A stretch of DNA of 64,000 nucleotides from Picochlorum sp. SENEW3. Its lineage: Eukaryota. Position 1 is the stretch's first letter, and the number at the start of each line of letters is the position of its first letter. This document shows positions 33,688 through 44,742 of this stretch, piece after piece. The position numbers were made by a program, and so were the translations under genes. The notes under the pieces were generated by a model. It ran no database searches. It saw nothing but the letters and a program-made list of their open reading frames with translations, and was not told the DNA's origin. The stretch spans positions 310,001 to 374,000 of the forward strand of contig CP120461.1 in NCBI GenBank assembly GCA_034226945.1. Reading direction: 5' to 3'.

Positions 33688-35073
33688 ATGCCAAGGTTGG
33701 GTGCGGACGTGGAGAGAAACAGCGAGATTGGGGCACCCCCAAATTCACTTACTCTCACACAGCCTCTTGGAAAAGACGACAGTTTTCTTTTGCATGGCGA
33801 TGATCTGTTGGGAGACTCTGCGGCACATTTGATTGATAAGTTTGATTGTAGCAATGGTGTGCTCGGAGATTGGTCCTTTCCCGGGAACAGTGATGCTCTT
33901 TTGCCTTCCTTCTCCTCAGTGCTGGATATCCCACTGTCCAATTCAAATGGCACGTCAACAACGACAACGACGACAGGAAACATTGCTGAGACTGGACAAA
34001 AGCAGAAAAAGAAGAGGAATATGAACCCTGAACAGAAGGAGAAAATGCTCGAGCGGCAGCGTCGATACAGGAAAAGAAAACAGCAGAGCCTTTCTGAGAT
34101 GACAAAATCCCTCGAGATGCAGAAGAAGGAGCTGGAATACTTGAGGGCTCGCAATGCGGAATTGGGACAGAAATCAGCTGCCCTAGAAAAGATGATTGAC
34201 TATGCAACAGAAGCAATTTCCGTGTGCAAGAGGGAGGATGCGGACGATGGAGAGGCCAATCCTGAATTGGTGGATTCAAGGGTCAGATATCTGATGGAGG
34301 TTTTTGACAAAGCAGTGAACAAATTGGCAGTGCCAGATGAACACACAGTGACCTCTGTAATTCAAACAGTACAAGAACGGAATGTCTGGAGAAGAGATAT
34401 TGCCATTGCAAAATTGCAACAACGGATTTCCAACATGATGATGAGATGGTTTTCGTGTGAGCACGAACGTAAGGATGTTGAAGATCAGATGGTTATACTG
34501 ATGAAGACAAGGTTCAAAATCGCGGATAGGATGGTACAGATTGCTCCGAGCTTTGTCATCGATCGTTTGGCTGATGGATGGGTGGGTCAGAGTTTCAATG
34601 AAGGGCTGCTTGTGAACAATCCAGTCCGAGTGGATGACAATGCCATTGAAGTCCTGAAAGAGAGCATGGAGGTCACTCCCGCTCAGCAGTTGCAACTCAA
34701 TCGAATCTGGAAAGACTTTTGTCACGTATGGAATGGTATTATATCATCTCTTCGACTTCAAATATTCGAAGCAAGTGGTATGGACAAGACCAATGGGGAT
34801 GCCAGCAACGACCTGGAATATCCTGGTCTTCACCATGGCATGCTCAACTTGCTTCTGGACAGTGATTCTGTGAGAAAAATGATTGAGATGAACCGGGAAC
34901 AGATACGATCTCTGTTATCTCTATCAAAAGAGCTGGTCGAGTCATTACATCCACTCCAATTCGGAAAAGTCCTGACATTCTTACCTGGCCATGGACCAAA
35001 TATTATGTATCTCAGCAAGGTTTTGAGTAGACATATTGAGCCGAGCCCGGATGTGGGGCATGTTGTATTTTAA
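33688..35073 (+). CDS. bZIP-like transcription factor (algal type)
   Basis: Basic region KEKMLERQRRYRKRKQQ followed by a heptad zipper (L..M...LE......L.....N..L......LE) and a helical C-terminal domain. Confidence 0.75.
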   Translation: MPRLGADVERNSEIGAPPNSLTLTQPLGKDDSFLLHGDDLLGDSAAHLIDKFDCSNGVLGDWSFPGNSDALLPSFSSVLDIPLSNSNGTSTTTTTTGNIAETGQKQKKKRNMNPEQKEKMLERQRRYRKRKQQSLSEMTKSLEMQKKELEYLRARNAELGQKSAALEKMIDYATEAISVCKREDADDGEANPELVDSRVRYLMEVFDKAVNKLAVPDEHTVTSVIQTVQERNVWRRDIAIAKLQQRISNMMMRWFSCEHERKDVEDQMVILMKTRFKIADRMVQIAPSFVIDRLADGWVGQSFNEGLLVNNPVRVDDNAIEVLKESMEVTPAQQLQLNRIWKDFCHVWNGIISSLRLQIFEASGMDKTNGDASNDLEYPGLHHGMLNLLLDSDSVRKMIEMNREQIRSLLSLSKELVESLHPLQFGKVLTFLPGHGPNIMYLSKVLSRHIEPSPDVGHVVF

Positions 35074-35170
35074 TAGAGTATAGCGTTGTTGTTGTGTTTT
35101 TTAATTGATAGCGATTTCAATCTTTCTTAGTTGCTCTTTGGTATATAATTTTTTAATGATAAATTGACGT

Positions 35171-36346
35171 TCACTTTTGAGTTGATGCATTCTTTGCCAT
35201 CATCATACGTTTCTCAGAAACTTCCCTATCACATTTCATCAGTTTTGCGTACACCCGATCGATACTTTTCTGACTCGATGGTGTCGAGGGAATCACTAAA
35301 ATCTGCGTGATGGGCGATCCACCCGGCACAGAAACTTTTCTCTCATACATGTAGTGTCCACTGCCGCGGCCTGGCATAGGATTCCAGCCTGCCTGAATCA
35401 TATCAAGCACTAATTTTCGAATACTCTTCCTAGAATACCTTTCTCTATCTACGTAATTCAAATCATTTGGCCTATCTTCTTGTTTCCCAGACGTAGATCT
35501 AGATGACGCAGCCATCATCGTTTTAAGGCTCTCTGGAGACACACCATGCCCTGCGGTTTCCCTTGCAGCCACTGAAGACAGTATATATTCTCTATCATCC
35601 TTCCCGAGACGATGACGATTGCATTCCTCTCTCTCTACAGCTTCATCATCAGTAGCAGTAGCAGAACGAACTGCCTTCCAATCCTCCATGGCACTGGGGA
35701 TTTCATCATCCATATACAGATGGGCCTTGTGCTCCTGCCGAGTCATGGATTTTAAAAGAGTACCCGTGGGCTCGAACGTCTCCATCACCGGGCGACTCCT
35801 CGCATGTACATCCAGATGCGGAAACTCCTCTTCTTTATATCCCACAGGAGGACCAGATGACGCAAACATACCCAGAGCACTGTCCTCATGCATCATCCTT
35901 GTCCCCCACACAGACTCCTTCTTCTTCTTCTCCTCTGCTGCCATCTGCTCCTCTCGCTCTTGCGCCCACAATGCTAATGCAAAATCTCTATCACTCTCTT
36001 CCATCCTCCATGCCTCATCATCAAACACACGTCCAACATGCATTGTACTCGTATCATCCATCCCAGGTGGCACACACCCACCTGTCCCAGCTGCCACCAT
36101 TTCTTCCCTCCAAATCTCCATCATCACATCATCCCCTCCACCACACTGCTCTTCCTTCACACCAAGATCAAGATGCATCAAGGCGACCGCATCAGACAAA
36201 CAACGCTGAAACTCGTCACTACACAGCTCTGCTTCGTCGGAGTAGTCCAACGACACAAGAACAGCACCTCGCTCGTCCAGCGCATGTGCCACACGAGCCT
36301 CTTCATCCACCGACACAGTATAATTATAATGCGTTGGAATATCCAT
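35171..36346 (-). CDS. Hypothetical protein with C-terminal HicA-like domain
   Basis: 391-aa ORF; C-terminus IRKLVLDMIQAGWNPMPGRGSGHYMYER...ILVIPSTPSSQKSIDRVYAKL. Confidence 0.7.
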   Translation of the reverse strand: MDIPTHYNYTVSVDEEARVAHALDERGAVLVSLDYSDEAELCSDEFQRCLSDAVALMHLDLGVKEEQCGGGDDVMMEIWREEMVAAGTGGCVPPGMDDTSTMHVGRVFDDEAWRMEESDRDFALALWAQEREEQMAAEEKKKKESVWGTRMMHEDSALGMFASSGPPVGYKEEEFPHLDVHARSRPVMETFEPTGTLLKSMTRQEHKAHLYMDDEIPSAMEDWKAVRSATATDDEAVEREECNRHRLGKDDREYILSSVAARETAGHGVSPESLKTMMAASSRSTSGKQEDRPNDLNYVDRERYSRKSIRKLVLDMIQAGWNPMPGRGSGHYMYERKVSVPGGSPITQILVIPSTPSSQKSIDRVYAKLMKCDREVSEKRMMMAKNASTQK

Positions 36347-36634
36347 ATTCTCTTAGCCTAGAGTCCTATACACGATCTGCTCCGATCGATCGGAATGGAA
36401 TCGAGTCAAAGAATCAAGTCCTCCTTCTTCTTTTATTTGATTCTTCTTCAATTTCGGCCACCACGTTTCAAACATTACATGTATACTATTATTTCAAGTA
36501 TGACAATCCAAGGGGTTTACGATAGGACAAGAACAAAAAACGCATGAACATCCATCTTCATGCATGGCGAATTACGCCAACAGTCTAGATATATACGAAT
36601 CGATTGGCACATCAAATAAGGACATGATGACCAT

Positions 36635-37552
36635 CTATCTATCCAATCGACGGGTCTGTTCAACAATCAATCGAACACCAGCAAGTCGTTCACCAATACT
36701 CTGCCGACCCCCACCAACACATCTTGTATACAAGGACACACACAGTCCTAGGCCACCAGACCCCAAAACAAACACATTCTCCAACAGATTTGCAAGAATT
36801 GAGCGACCAATACCACTGGATGTATAGTATTTTTCTGACAAGTGAGATGTTTCATACCAGGTAGAAAATGCTGATGATCCGCTCGTCCGTGACGAGCACC
36901 AGTGTCGAACCACCATGGCATAAACAAACGCAGCACACACCCATATCTGAACCTGCGTGAGCGTCTCCTTGTACGCATACAGATACATACATGCAATCCC
37001 ACACACTCCTATATCAATGCATCGAGACAATAGATACTCTCCAAGCAGGATGAGCACGCTGGGATCCACCACATCAACGCATTCAAGAGAAGATGGATTG
37101 CAGAGGGAAAAAAAACTCTCTGGATGAATCTCCCTGAGCTTTCTATACACATGCTCTCGACGAAATACATCCTGAAGATCACTCCGTGTCATCTTCTTGG
37201 AAGCACACCACTGTCTAAATTCATCCGATTCCTGCAAGTCCCGCAACGCTTTCATAGTCGTGTCATCGTCCACATCATCCTGGTCTTGGAACAACACGCT
37301 CCCTGCCAGCTCTTCTGGACCCAGGCCATAGGCACGAGAGGGTGTCTTGGTATGAATCACCCGATCATCATTCTCATCACCTTTAAATCGATCATATGTA
37401 CTGGTAGTCCGTGTGTCTTGGGTTCTCCTGTCCGCTGAGACTTCTTTTGATGCATCAAGTTTGAACCTCCTCAAGGCGGTATAGAGCAGTGTGAGAAGCA
37501 ATAGTCCCCCATACATGATCCAAGCAACCATGGATACATCATCATCCATCAT
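36635..37552 (-). CDS. Membrane protein with RDD-like domain
   Basis: N-terminal TM helix. SRCID...TM helices...RQSIGERLAGVRLIV resembles RDD family boundary motifs. Confidence 0.6.
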   Translation of the reverse strand: MMDDDVSMVAWIMYGGLLLLTLLYTALRRFKLDASKEVSADRRTQDTRTTSTYDRFKGDENDDRVIHTKTPSRAYGLGPEELAGSVLFQDQDDVDDDTTMKALRDLQESDEFRQWCASKKMTRSDLQDVFRREHVYRKLREIHPESFFSLCNPSSLECVDVVDPSVLILLGEYLLSRCIDIGVCGIACMYLYAYKETLTQVQIWVCAAFVYAMVVRHWCSSRTSGSSAFSTWYETSHLSEKYYTSSGIGRSILANLLENVFVLGSGGLGLCVSLYTRCVGGGRQSIGERLAGVRLIVEQTRRLDR

Positions 37553-37779
37553 TTATTAATAGTAATAGTCTATCCGTCTATAGCAATGGATTCATCTTGA
37601 CGGCCCTTGTCAAGAAGAAGAAGAAGAAGGCAGGTTGAAGTAGTCTTCACGACTCAGAGAGCCAGCCAGCTGGCTTCTTTTTCATCAGGCGAAATCACCT
37701 TTTGACTGAATTAACTAGTAATAATATTAACAGAAGTGAATATTAAATAAAAAATGAAACAGCAATTCCCATCCATCCA

Positions 37780-39103
37780 TCAACATGAACTGCCATGGCC
37801 GTTTACGGCTGCTGCTTCTTCCTCATCGATGGGGACGTGTGTTGCTTGCTTTGCTCGCATCTTCTTACGAACAGCATCCCTGAGTTTTGTCACCCGAATG
37901 AGTTCTTCAAACGAAGATCCCTGGATTTGTACCTCTCGTGGATGCGAGTATGCATCAATATCGGTATGATCCGTCATGTCGATGACTGCCTTGGATGCGG
38001 TGGTGGCTTGCATGTCCATGCGCAACAGGGAGGCAGCTGCCCTTCTCTTTTCCTTCTTTGACACTCTCCATGCGATCTTTTCATACGTCGTCTGCTCTTG
38101 TTTATCATTCGCAAGGGTGACTTCCATTCTGAATCGGTTGTATCGGTCAATCAGATCGGCCTTTCGCCCTTCTGTGGCAGAGAGGCTGTATTTACGGAGT
38201 GCCTGCCGAATGGATTTTTCAGATGCCAGGCTTCCCATGAGCTTTGGTGGGACCTGCAATGGTTTCCATGTCGATCCGCTCGACTGATTCTGTATATTCG
38301 ATGCCTTCTCTGGCGGTTGCGCGAGGCACGAGTCGATGTGTGAATTGAGCACCAGGTTGAAGACGTGTTCATTGCAAATAGGGCATTGCACAAAGGAGCT
38401 CTTTTTCCTTCCTTGATGGTGTTCGGTATTCGATTGCACTATTGCTTTTCGCTTCTTTTCCTCCCGTTTTTCTTGCCTGTGCATCTGAGAAGGAATAAAA
38501 TCATCGTCTTCATCTACCAAATCAATAGCCTGGTCATCACCATCGTCATCGTCATCATCCAAGTGCTCAACTGTAGTAGCAACATACGTCCTATTCTGAA
38601 TGACAGATGCTCGCGGCGGGTTCCGTCGCCGCGCACGCGGTGCTACATCTATTACATCTACATCTACGTCCTTGCCTGGATCATCTACATCCCCTCGACT
38701 GACACACTCCACCAGAGCATGATACTTTTCCACAACCCCTCGCAGCACCAAATTCGGCACCAAATCCCGAGCATCACACGTCACCCTACATGTTGGACAT
38801 TGAGCATTCCCACGCTTCTCCTGAAATCCTATATTCTCCCGAATGCATGCGGCACAGACTGCACAAGTAAGAGAGTATCAGTCTTTTTTGTCTTTTTCTT
38901 TATATACAGATACAGAGGTGTTTCTGCAGAGTCAACGTACATGAATGCCCGCATGTCTTGAGTAATAATGGTATATCTAGAGTCTCATGACAGATACCGC
39001 ATCTCAGAGAATCGTCAAGTCTCTGTAAATGCCCGTGGAAGAGATCTTCTCCTCCTCCTCCATGGCCCTTGTCCGTGGACTGGAGTGTATCAACCATCGT
39101 CAT
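37780..39103 (-). CDS. RAD18: RAD18 E3 ubiquitin ligase (RING, UBZ4, SAP-like); 2 exons
   Basis: LDDSLRCGIC...CGHS|FCAACIR...CPTCR across intron 38859-38940; UBZ4 VQCPIC...HIDSCL; SAP-like LRKYSLSATEGRKADLIDRY. Confidence 0.88.
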
Positions 39104-39503
39104 ATGCCATGATGCGGTGCTTTTCACTCGATCAAGTTACTCTATAAATTATTAAACAGTAGTTCCTTCTTTGTATCGAGAATTTCCATGGGAATGCTGA
39201 ACGGATTCCATATATAGGTAGATTAAAATAATAATGCAGGTGTCCTCATGGTCAACCATGTGGCTGGGTGGCTCTGTGAGAATAAAGCAGATGTTTTGTG
39301 TTCATATTTCATCGTTGTTGATGTCGATGATTTAATTGCAGTGTGAAGAGTAGAGAATTGCATTGTTGGTGTGAATGTCTGTGATGACAACGAGAGTCGT
39401 TGAGGAGCCTTTGTGGAGCTCAGGATGCTGTTGATTCAGGGATAGATCCGTCGATATTTATTTACATATATTGCATTCTTTCTCTGATTGAAGAGCGAGC
39501 GAG

Positions 39504-42500
39504 ATGGGGGCAAGAGGAAGAAGTTTCAGTTATTTCTCTTCTCACACGTTTCTTGTGTGGTGGTTGTTGCTGTTCTTGTTGAACAGTCGTCATGTTTTCG
39601 TGAGGTCTTCTGTGGATGATGAGCATACGATGCCCATCAGGAATATTGACGAGTTGATGGATGTGCTGGGAGATGAGCAGGAGATTGATGTGGATCCGAG
39701 GGCTGCGTTACAGAGTGATGTGCTTATGGAGGCGTTGGGGAAGCATCAGGTTCCACAGGTGGAGCATCATCTGCTTGTGAGTCTTGCTGATGGTCATATT
39801 GTGGCGTTGGATGAAGATACTGGGAGAAGGGTGTGGAGTATTGATACTGGGTCTCCATTGGTGGCGTCATCAACTCATGCGGAGCGCCGTGGTGGCGATG
39901 ATGTGCATTCTGGGGAGTATGAGGGTATATTTCCGAGTACTGATGGGAGCTTGTATACGTATTCTTTGGATGAGGAAGGATCTCCGCATGTTCAAAAGTT
40001 GCCGATGACTGTGAAGGATTTGGTGGATGCGTCCCCAAGTCCAACGCCAGAGGGGGCCATGATGCTTGGGTCTCAGCAGACGGTTGTCTTCATTATCGAT
40101 GTGCAGCGAGGTATTGTGCTGAAGACGATTAAAGGAGATGATACGGATGTTTTCATGTATCTTCGGGGGCATGATGGGACGACGCCGGTGGATGAAGACT
40201 TTTTCCAGGATGGTGTGGAGGTGAAGACAATTGTTATTTCCAGAAAGGATTTCATTATTCGATCGATTCATCCGTCATTTGGAGAGCAGTGGAACGTCAC
40301 ATGGTCGCAGTTGGATAAGATGTCCATGGTGGAACTGCATGGACATGGAGCAGAGGTGGATCGGGATGATATGAAGCTTGTGTTGGCACCTGATTATTCT
40401 CTCAAGAGGTTTGATGGGGAGACTGGCGCAGAGATGTGGTCGGTATCGTTTCCTATTCCCCCTACGGTGGCATATCCGTCTTCTGGAAAGGCCATTGATT
40501 TGTTGGATGCGACGAAAAAGATGCTGAATATGGTTGTAGACAGGAAGGCGTCCATGACGGCATTGGTGGAACAGGGTCACCTGTTGGAAGTGTCGGAAAC
40601 ATTGGTGGTTGGTGAAATGGAGGGGAAATTGTTCGGGCTTCGGGCGCCGTATTTTAAGAAATCGGATAGAGCTCGGGTGACGGAGGATAGTGCAATTGTG
40701 GGTGGTGAGGAGGAGGAGGAGCATGCTCTTGTTCCAGCGGGTAAGACTGTGGGGAGAGTGTGCAAGGATAAGCATGATGTCTGTCGAATACCGGTTGGCT
40801 TTTACCCATTAGTAGAAAATGCGTCAGAGACGAGACTCTTGTTCCTTCCAAAGTGCTCTGCGGATGATGTGGAGGATTGTGAGGATGATTCTGATGTGGT
40901 GGTGCCCTCTCGCATGCGTCGTGCTGTCGTGGTTGGCTCAACAGTCACGACGTTGTTGGTGACTGTGTTTCTGTTTAAAAAGAGACGAGGGGTTGAAGAA
41001 CCAAGTTCATCTATATCGCAGCAGAAGGCTGTGGAATTACCAAATGGTAATACAAAGGTGGGACGGTTGGAGGTGAGCAAGGAGGTTTTGGGATATGGGT
41101 CTGGTGGCACTGCTGTGTATGAAGGGATTCTCGACGGGAGAAAAGTGGCGGTGAAGAGAATGTTGAAGCAGTTTGTGGATCTCGCGAAACAGGAAATTGA
41201 AGCGTTGATTGATAGTGATGAACATCCCAATGTTGTTCGATGTTTTGCATTAGAAGAGGATGGAGAGTTCATCTACCTTGCTTTGGAGCGATGTGATATG
41301 TCGCTTGCCGACGCACTCGAGACCTCAAAGATGAAGAATATGCGATTCAGAAAGGTTGATGCAGATGGTTCGATTGTCAATACCCCTCTTGCGTACCAGG
41401 TTGCAAGGGACATTGTTGAAGGAGTAAATGCTGTTCACTCTCGTGGGATTGTACATAGAGACCTCAAACCTCACAACGTCCTGTTGAATTCATCTGGTCG
41501 AGCAAAGCTGTCTGATATGGGGTTGAGTAAAAAGCTTGTTGATAATCAAGCGAGTTTCGAAACATTGGGTGCTGGTGGATCCCCAGGTTGGCAGGCACCT
41601 GAACAATTGACTGTGAGGAGGGGTGGAACAGCTCGACTGACTGCTTCAGTTGATGTGTTTTCCAGTGGTTTGTTAGTACACTATTGCCTAACTGGGGGGA
41701 AGCACCCATATGGAGAGAGTTATGATCGAGATAATGCGATTTTGAAGGATGAAAAGGACCTTTCGGCTATCCAGGGAATTCCATGTGCAGAAAATCTCAT
41801 TTCTGCCATGCTGTCAATGGATGCTGCCAATAGGCCCACTAGTGAGGAAATTTTACAGCATCCCATGTGGTGGACCTCTCACGACCGCTTGAGTTTTTTG
41901 AGCGATTTTTCAGATCGTGTCGAGGTTGAAAATCGCGCAGAGGATGAATCTGCATTTATTGCGCTGGAGTCTTTGTCTCCATGGGCCATTGGTCATCCAT
42001 CTGGATGGCTGGATGCGTTGGACCAGCTCCTAGTTGACAATTTGGGTACGTTTGATCATCTGGTTTGCATTGACGTCATCTTCTCTTAATAGTATAATAA
42101 TATATGATTGATGCAGTTAAATATAGAAAATATGATTCTCAGTCCCTCAGGGACCTGTTGAGGGTTATACGAAATAAGTATAGTCACTATAGGGAGCTTC
42201 CAAAGGACCTGCAGAAAGTTCTAGGGGACATTCCTGATGGATTTTTAAGCTACTTTGAAAGGCGATTCCCCAAACTTGTGACGACGTGCTTTTCGTTCGC
42301 TTTGAAATGGTACTCTGGCGATGCCATCTTTGAAAAGTACTTTGATAGTGCCAAAGCCAAGGGACTCCTGGACACATGTGCACCACCCCAAATGAGGGAC
42401 CCAGAAGTCAGGGAGGCTGCCTTGGAGGAGGCTCGTGCGAGGATTGAAGCCAAGAAAAAGGAAATGCGAACTCTCCTTCAGGATCATGCTCAGCAAATGG

Positions 42501-42796
42501 TGAATAATGGCACGCCAAACCATACTGGACGAACGCCTGAAAAGCCTCAGTACCAACCAAGTCCCTTGCTGCCACGGAGACCATGGATGACTCCTTGTGA
42601 CTTTTATATTAAGACTGGAACGTGCAAATTTGGTGCAGATTGTAGGTTTGACCATCCTCCAGAGCATCAAGTTCCTCTCAATGAATTTGGTCTGCCTATA
42701 CGACCAGGGGAACCAAAATGCAACCACTTTGAGAGAACAATGACATGCAAGTATGGGGCGGCATGCAAATATGACCATTCCTTGTCGACAACATGA
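39504..42796 (+). CDS. IRE1: IRE1 ER-stress sensor kinase/RNase with two C-terminal CCCH zinc fingers; 2 exons
   Basis: Signal peptide, luminal domain, TM helix, kinase (GYGSGGT, VAVKR, HRDLKPHN, SDMG), KEN RNase (DLLRVIRNKYSHYRE) after intron 42046-42116, then two CCCH fingers. Confidence 0.95.
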
Positions 42797-42850
42797 TACA
42801 TACATATTTATTCTGTTTTTTTTCCTTCCGATGACGTGTAATGTGTGACA

Positions 42851-44503
42851 TTACGAGGAACAACTGAGCAACTCGACTCCCAAACGCGGCTCTGGTGGAG
42901 CTGGCTCTTTCCATTCATCTCGGATATTCTCATCCGAATATGGATTCCTCAGACATGCCATATACTCGTGCAATGCATTATAGTCACCTTCCTCAACCTG
43001 AGATATGATCTCTACCATGACATGGTTCCGTGGAATAATGGCAGGATTTGCCATGGTCTGCATTTGTTGTCGCTCTTCCGCTCGAATACCTTGCCCCTGT
43101 ATCACTCTGTTATATCCATGCAACCACGCAAGCCATTCTTCGTCCTTTCCACAAGCACCAAGACACTCTTTCAATTGCTTCGGTAAACACTTGTCGCGCA
43201 ACACCTCGTCCAAATCCATGCTACCAAGTGCCCTAAACGTATTTGTATAATCTGCCTGCGAGTCATACATGAGCTGCCACAGGCTCGACGTCAACTCGGC
43301 ATCATATTCTTTCAAACCCAATTTTCTCGCCATAGTACCATTATAGTGGGAAACAAAAGATGTCCCAAACGCTGCAATACCCTCTGCCGCCGCATCCTCA
43401 TCAAATAATCCGGCAGCAACCAATGCTCGTGCCAACTGAAGAAGATTCCACTGTCCAATCTCTGGTTGCGCTTGGAAACAATATCGCCTTCCTGGCAAAT
43501 CCGTTGTATTTGGTGTAAAGTTTGGATCAAATCGCTCCATCCATCCATAGGGTCCATAGTCGATGGTATCACCCAGGATGGACATGTTGTCGGTGTTCAA
43601 TACCCCATGAACAAACCCAACCCGATGCCATTCCGCCACAAGCCTACCGGTCCTTTCGGCAACTGTCTTGAAAAATTCCTTGTACGATGAAGCTTCAGGA
43701 TAATACTCCTTCATCACAAAATCAGCCAGCGTTTTCACCATGGCATTATCACCTCTACTTGCAGGTAACTGGAATGATCCAAATCTGATAAAACTTCTCG
43801 CCACCCGACACACAACAGCCCCGGGCTCCATCCGAGCATTCCCATTATAAAACATGTCTCTCAGCACCGCGTCACCTGTCGCAACAAAACTCAGTGCTCG
43901 TGTCGTAGGAACGTGTAATGCAGCCATGGCTTCACTGGCAACATATTCTCGCAAACTTGATCGCAACACAGCCCTCCCATCAGCCATCCTCGAATACGGA
44001 GTCTTCCCAGCACCTTTCAACTGTAATTCCCATCGCCTCGCCTCATCCTTGCCATACTCGGCAACCTCACCCAACGATATTGCCCGACCATCGCCCAACT
44101 GACCAGCCCAGTGTCCAAACTGGTGGCCACCATAACAGTTCGCATATGGATCCGACCCTGGAATTGCAGCATTTCCAGAGAATACCATGGCAAACTCTGG
44201 CCTCGCAAACTCATCAGGATGCAACCCGATCAACTCAGCAACACTCTCGCTTGCCATTATCAGAGAAGGCTCTGTCCCAGTCCCAGTAGGCTGAACCTTC
44301 GTATACATGGCCCCTTCCACCTGCCTCACCCTATTCTCCCTATTCGGGTCTTCAGGGAGTGAATCCACCAGCACATTTTTCCAACACAATTCCTCCAACG
44401 TCCCACCAGTGGTTGCCACCGTGGACGAGGCAGAAGAACTAGAAGCAACGCGACCAGTCTGCTGTACAAACCTGTTTTTCTTCTGATACCCCATTAATTC
44501 CAT
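42851..44503 (-). CDS. SELO: SelO-family protein adenylyltransferase (Cys-containing)
   Basis: YGGHQFG..AGQLGDGRA, LKGAGKTPYSR..DGRAVLRSS, HGVLNTDNMS, IDYGPYG; ends LSCSS-TAA. The start is approximate. Confidence 0.93.
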   Translation of the reverse strand: MELMGYQKKNRFVQQTGRVASSSSASSTVATTGGTLEELCWKNVLVDSLPEDPNRENRVRQVEGAMYTKVQPTGTGTEPSLIMASESVAELIGLHPDEFARPEFAMVFSGNAAIPGSDPYANCYGGHQFGHWAGQLGDGRAISLGEVAEYGKDEARRWELQLKGAGKTPYSRMADGRAVLRSSLREYVASEAMAALHVPTTRALSFVATGDAVLRDMFYNGNARMEPGAVVCRVARSFIRFGSFQLPASRGDNAMVKTLADFVMKEYYPEASSYKEFFKTVAERTGRLVAEWHRVGFVHGVLNTDNMSILGDTIDYGPYGWMERFDPNFTPNTTDLPGRRYCFQAQPEIGQWNLLQLARALVAAGLFDEDAAAEGIAAFGTSFVSHYNGTMARKLGLKEYDAELTSSLWQLMYDSQADYTNTFRALGSMDLDEVLRDKCLPKQLKECLGACGKDEEWLAWLHGYNRVIQGQGIRAEERQQMQTMANPAIIPRNHVMVEIISQVEEGDYNALHEYMACLRNPYSDENIRDEWKEPAPPEPRLGVELLSCSS

Positions 44504-44742
44504 AGAAAAAACTCTTGAAACAGGACTATAGCACCTCAGAGTCCGATTCAAACACCTACAACGCAAATATAGTCGTGTAAAGACAACTCAGTCTCTACAA
44601 CCACAGGTTGCCATGTCACAAGGAAACGCACCCACGCAACGTTTTCATTATTCAAGTAGATATTTACAACAATATACGTAGTAATATGAATTCTACTACT
44701 GCTAATTGTCTGAATAGTCGTCAAAATGTAAGAATTGAGCAA

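Noticed and set aside
33688..35073. bZIP as the IRE1-spliced (bZIP60/HAC1-like) target
   Set aside because: I found no twin stem-loops with CNG-CNG loops and no TM segment in either bZIP gene of the window.
37612..37629. (AAG)n microsatellite
   Set aside because: Short simple repeat with no further structure.
42851..42870. SelO as a true selenoprotein
   Set aside because: The Sec-equivalent position is TGT (Cys) and the gene ends in TAA; there is no in-frame TGA.
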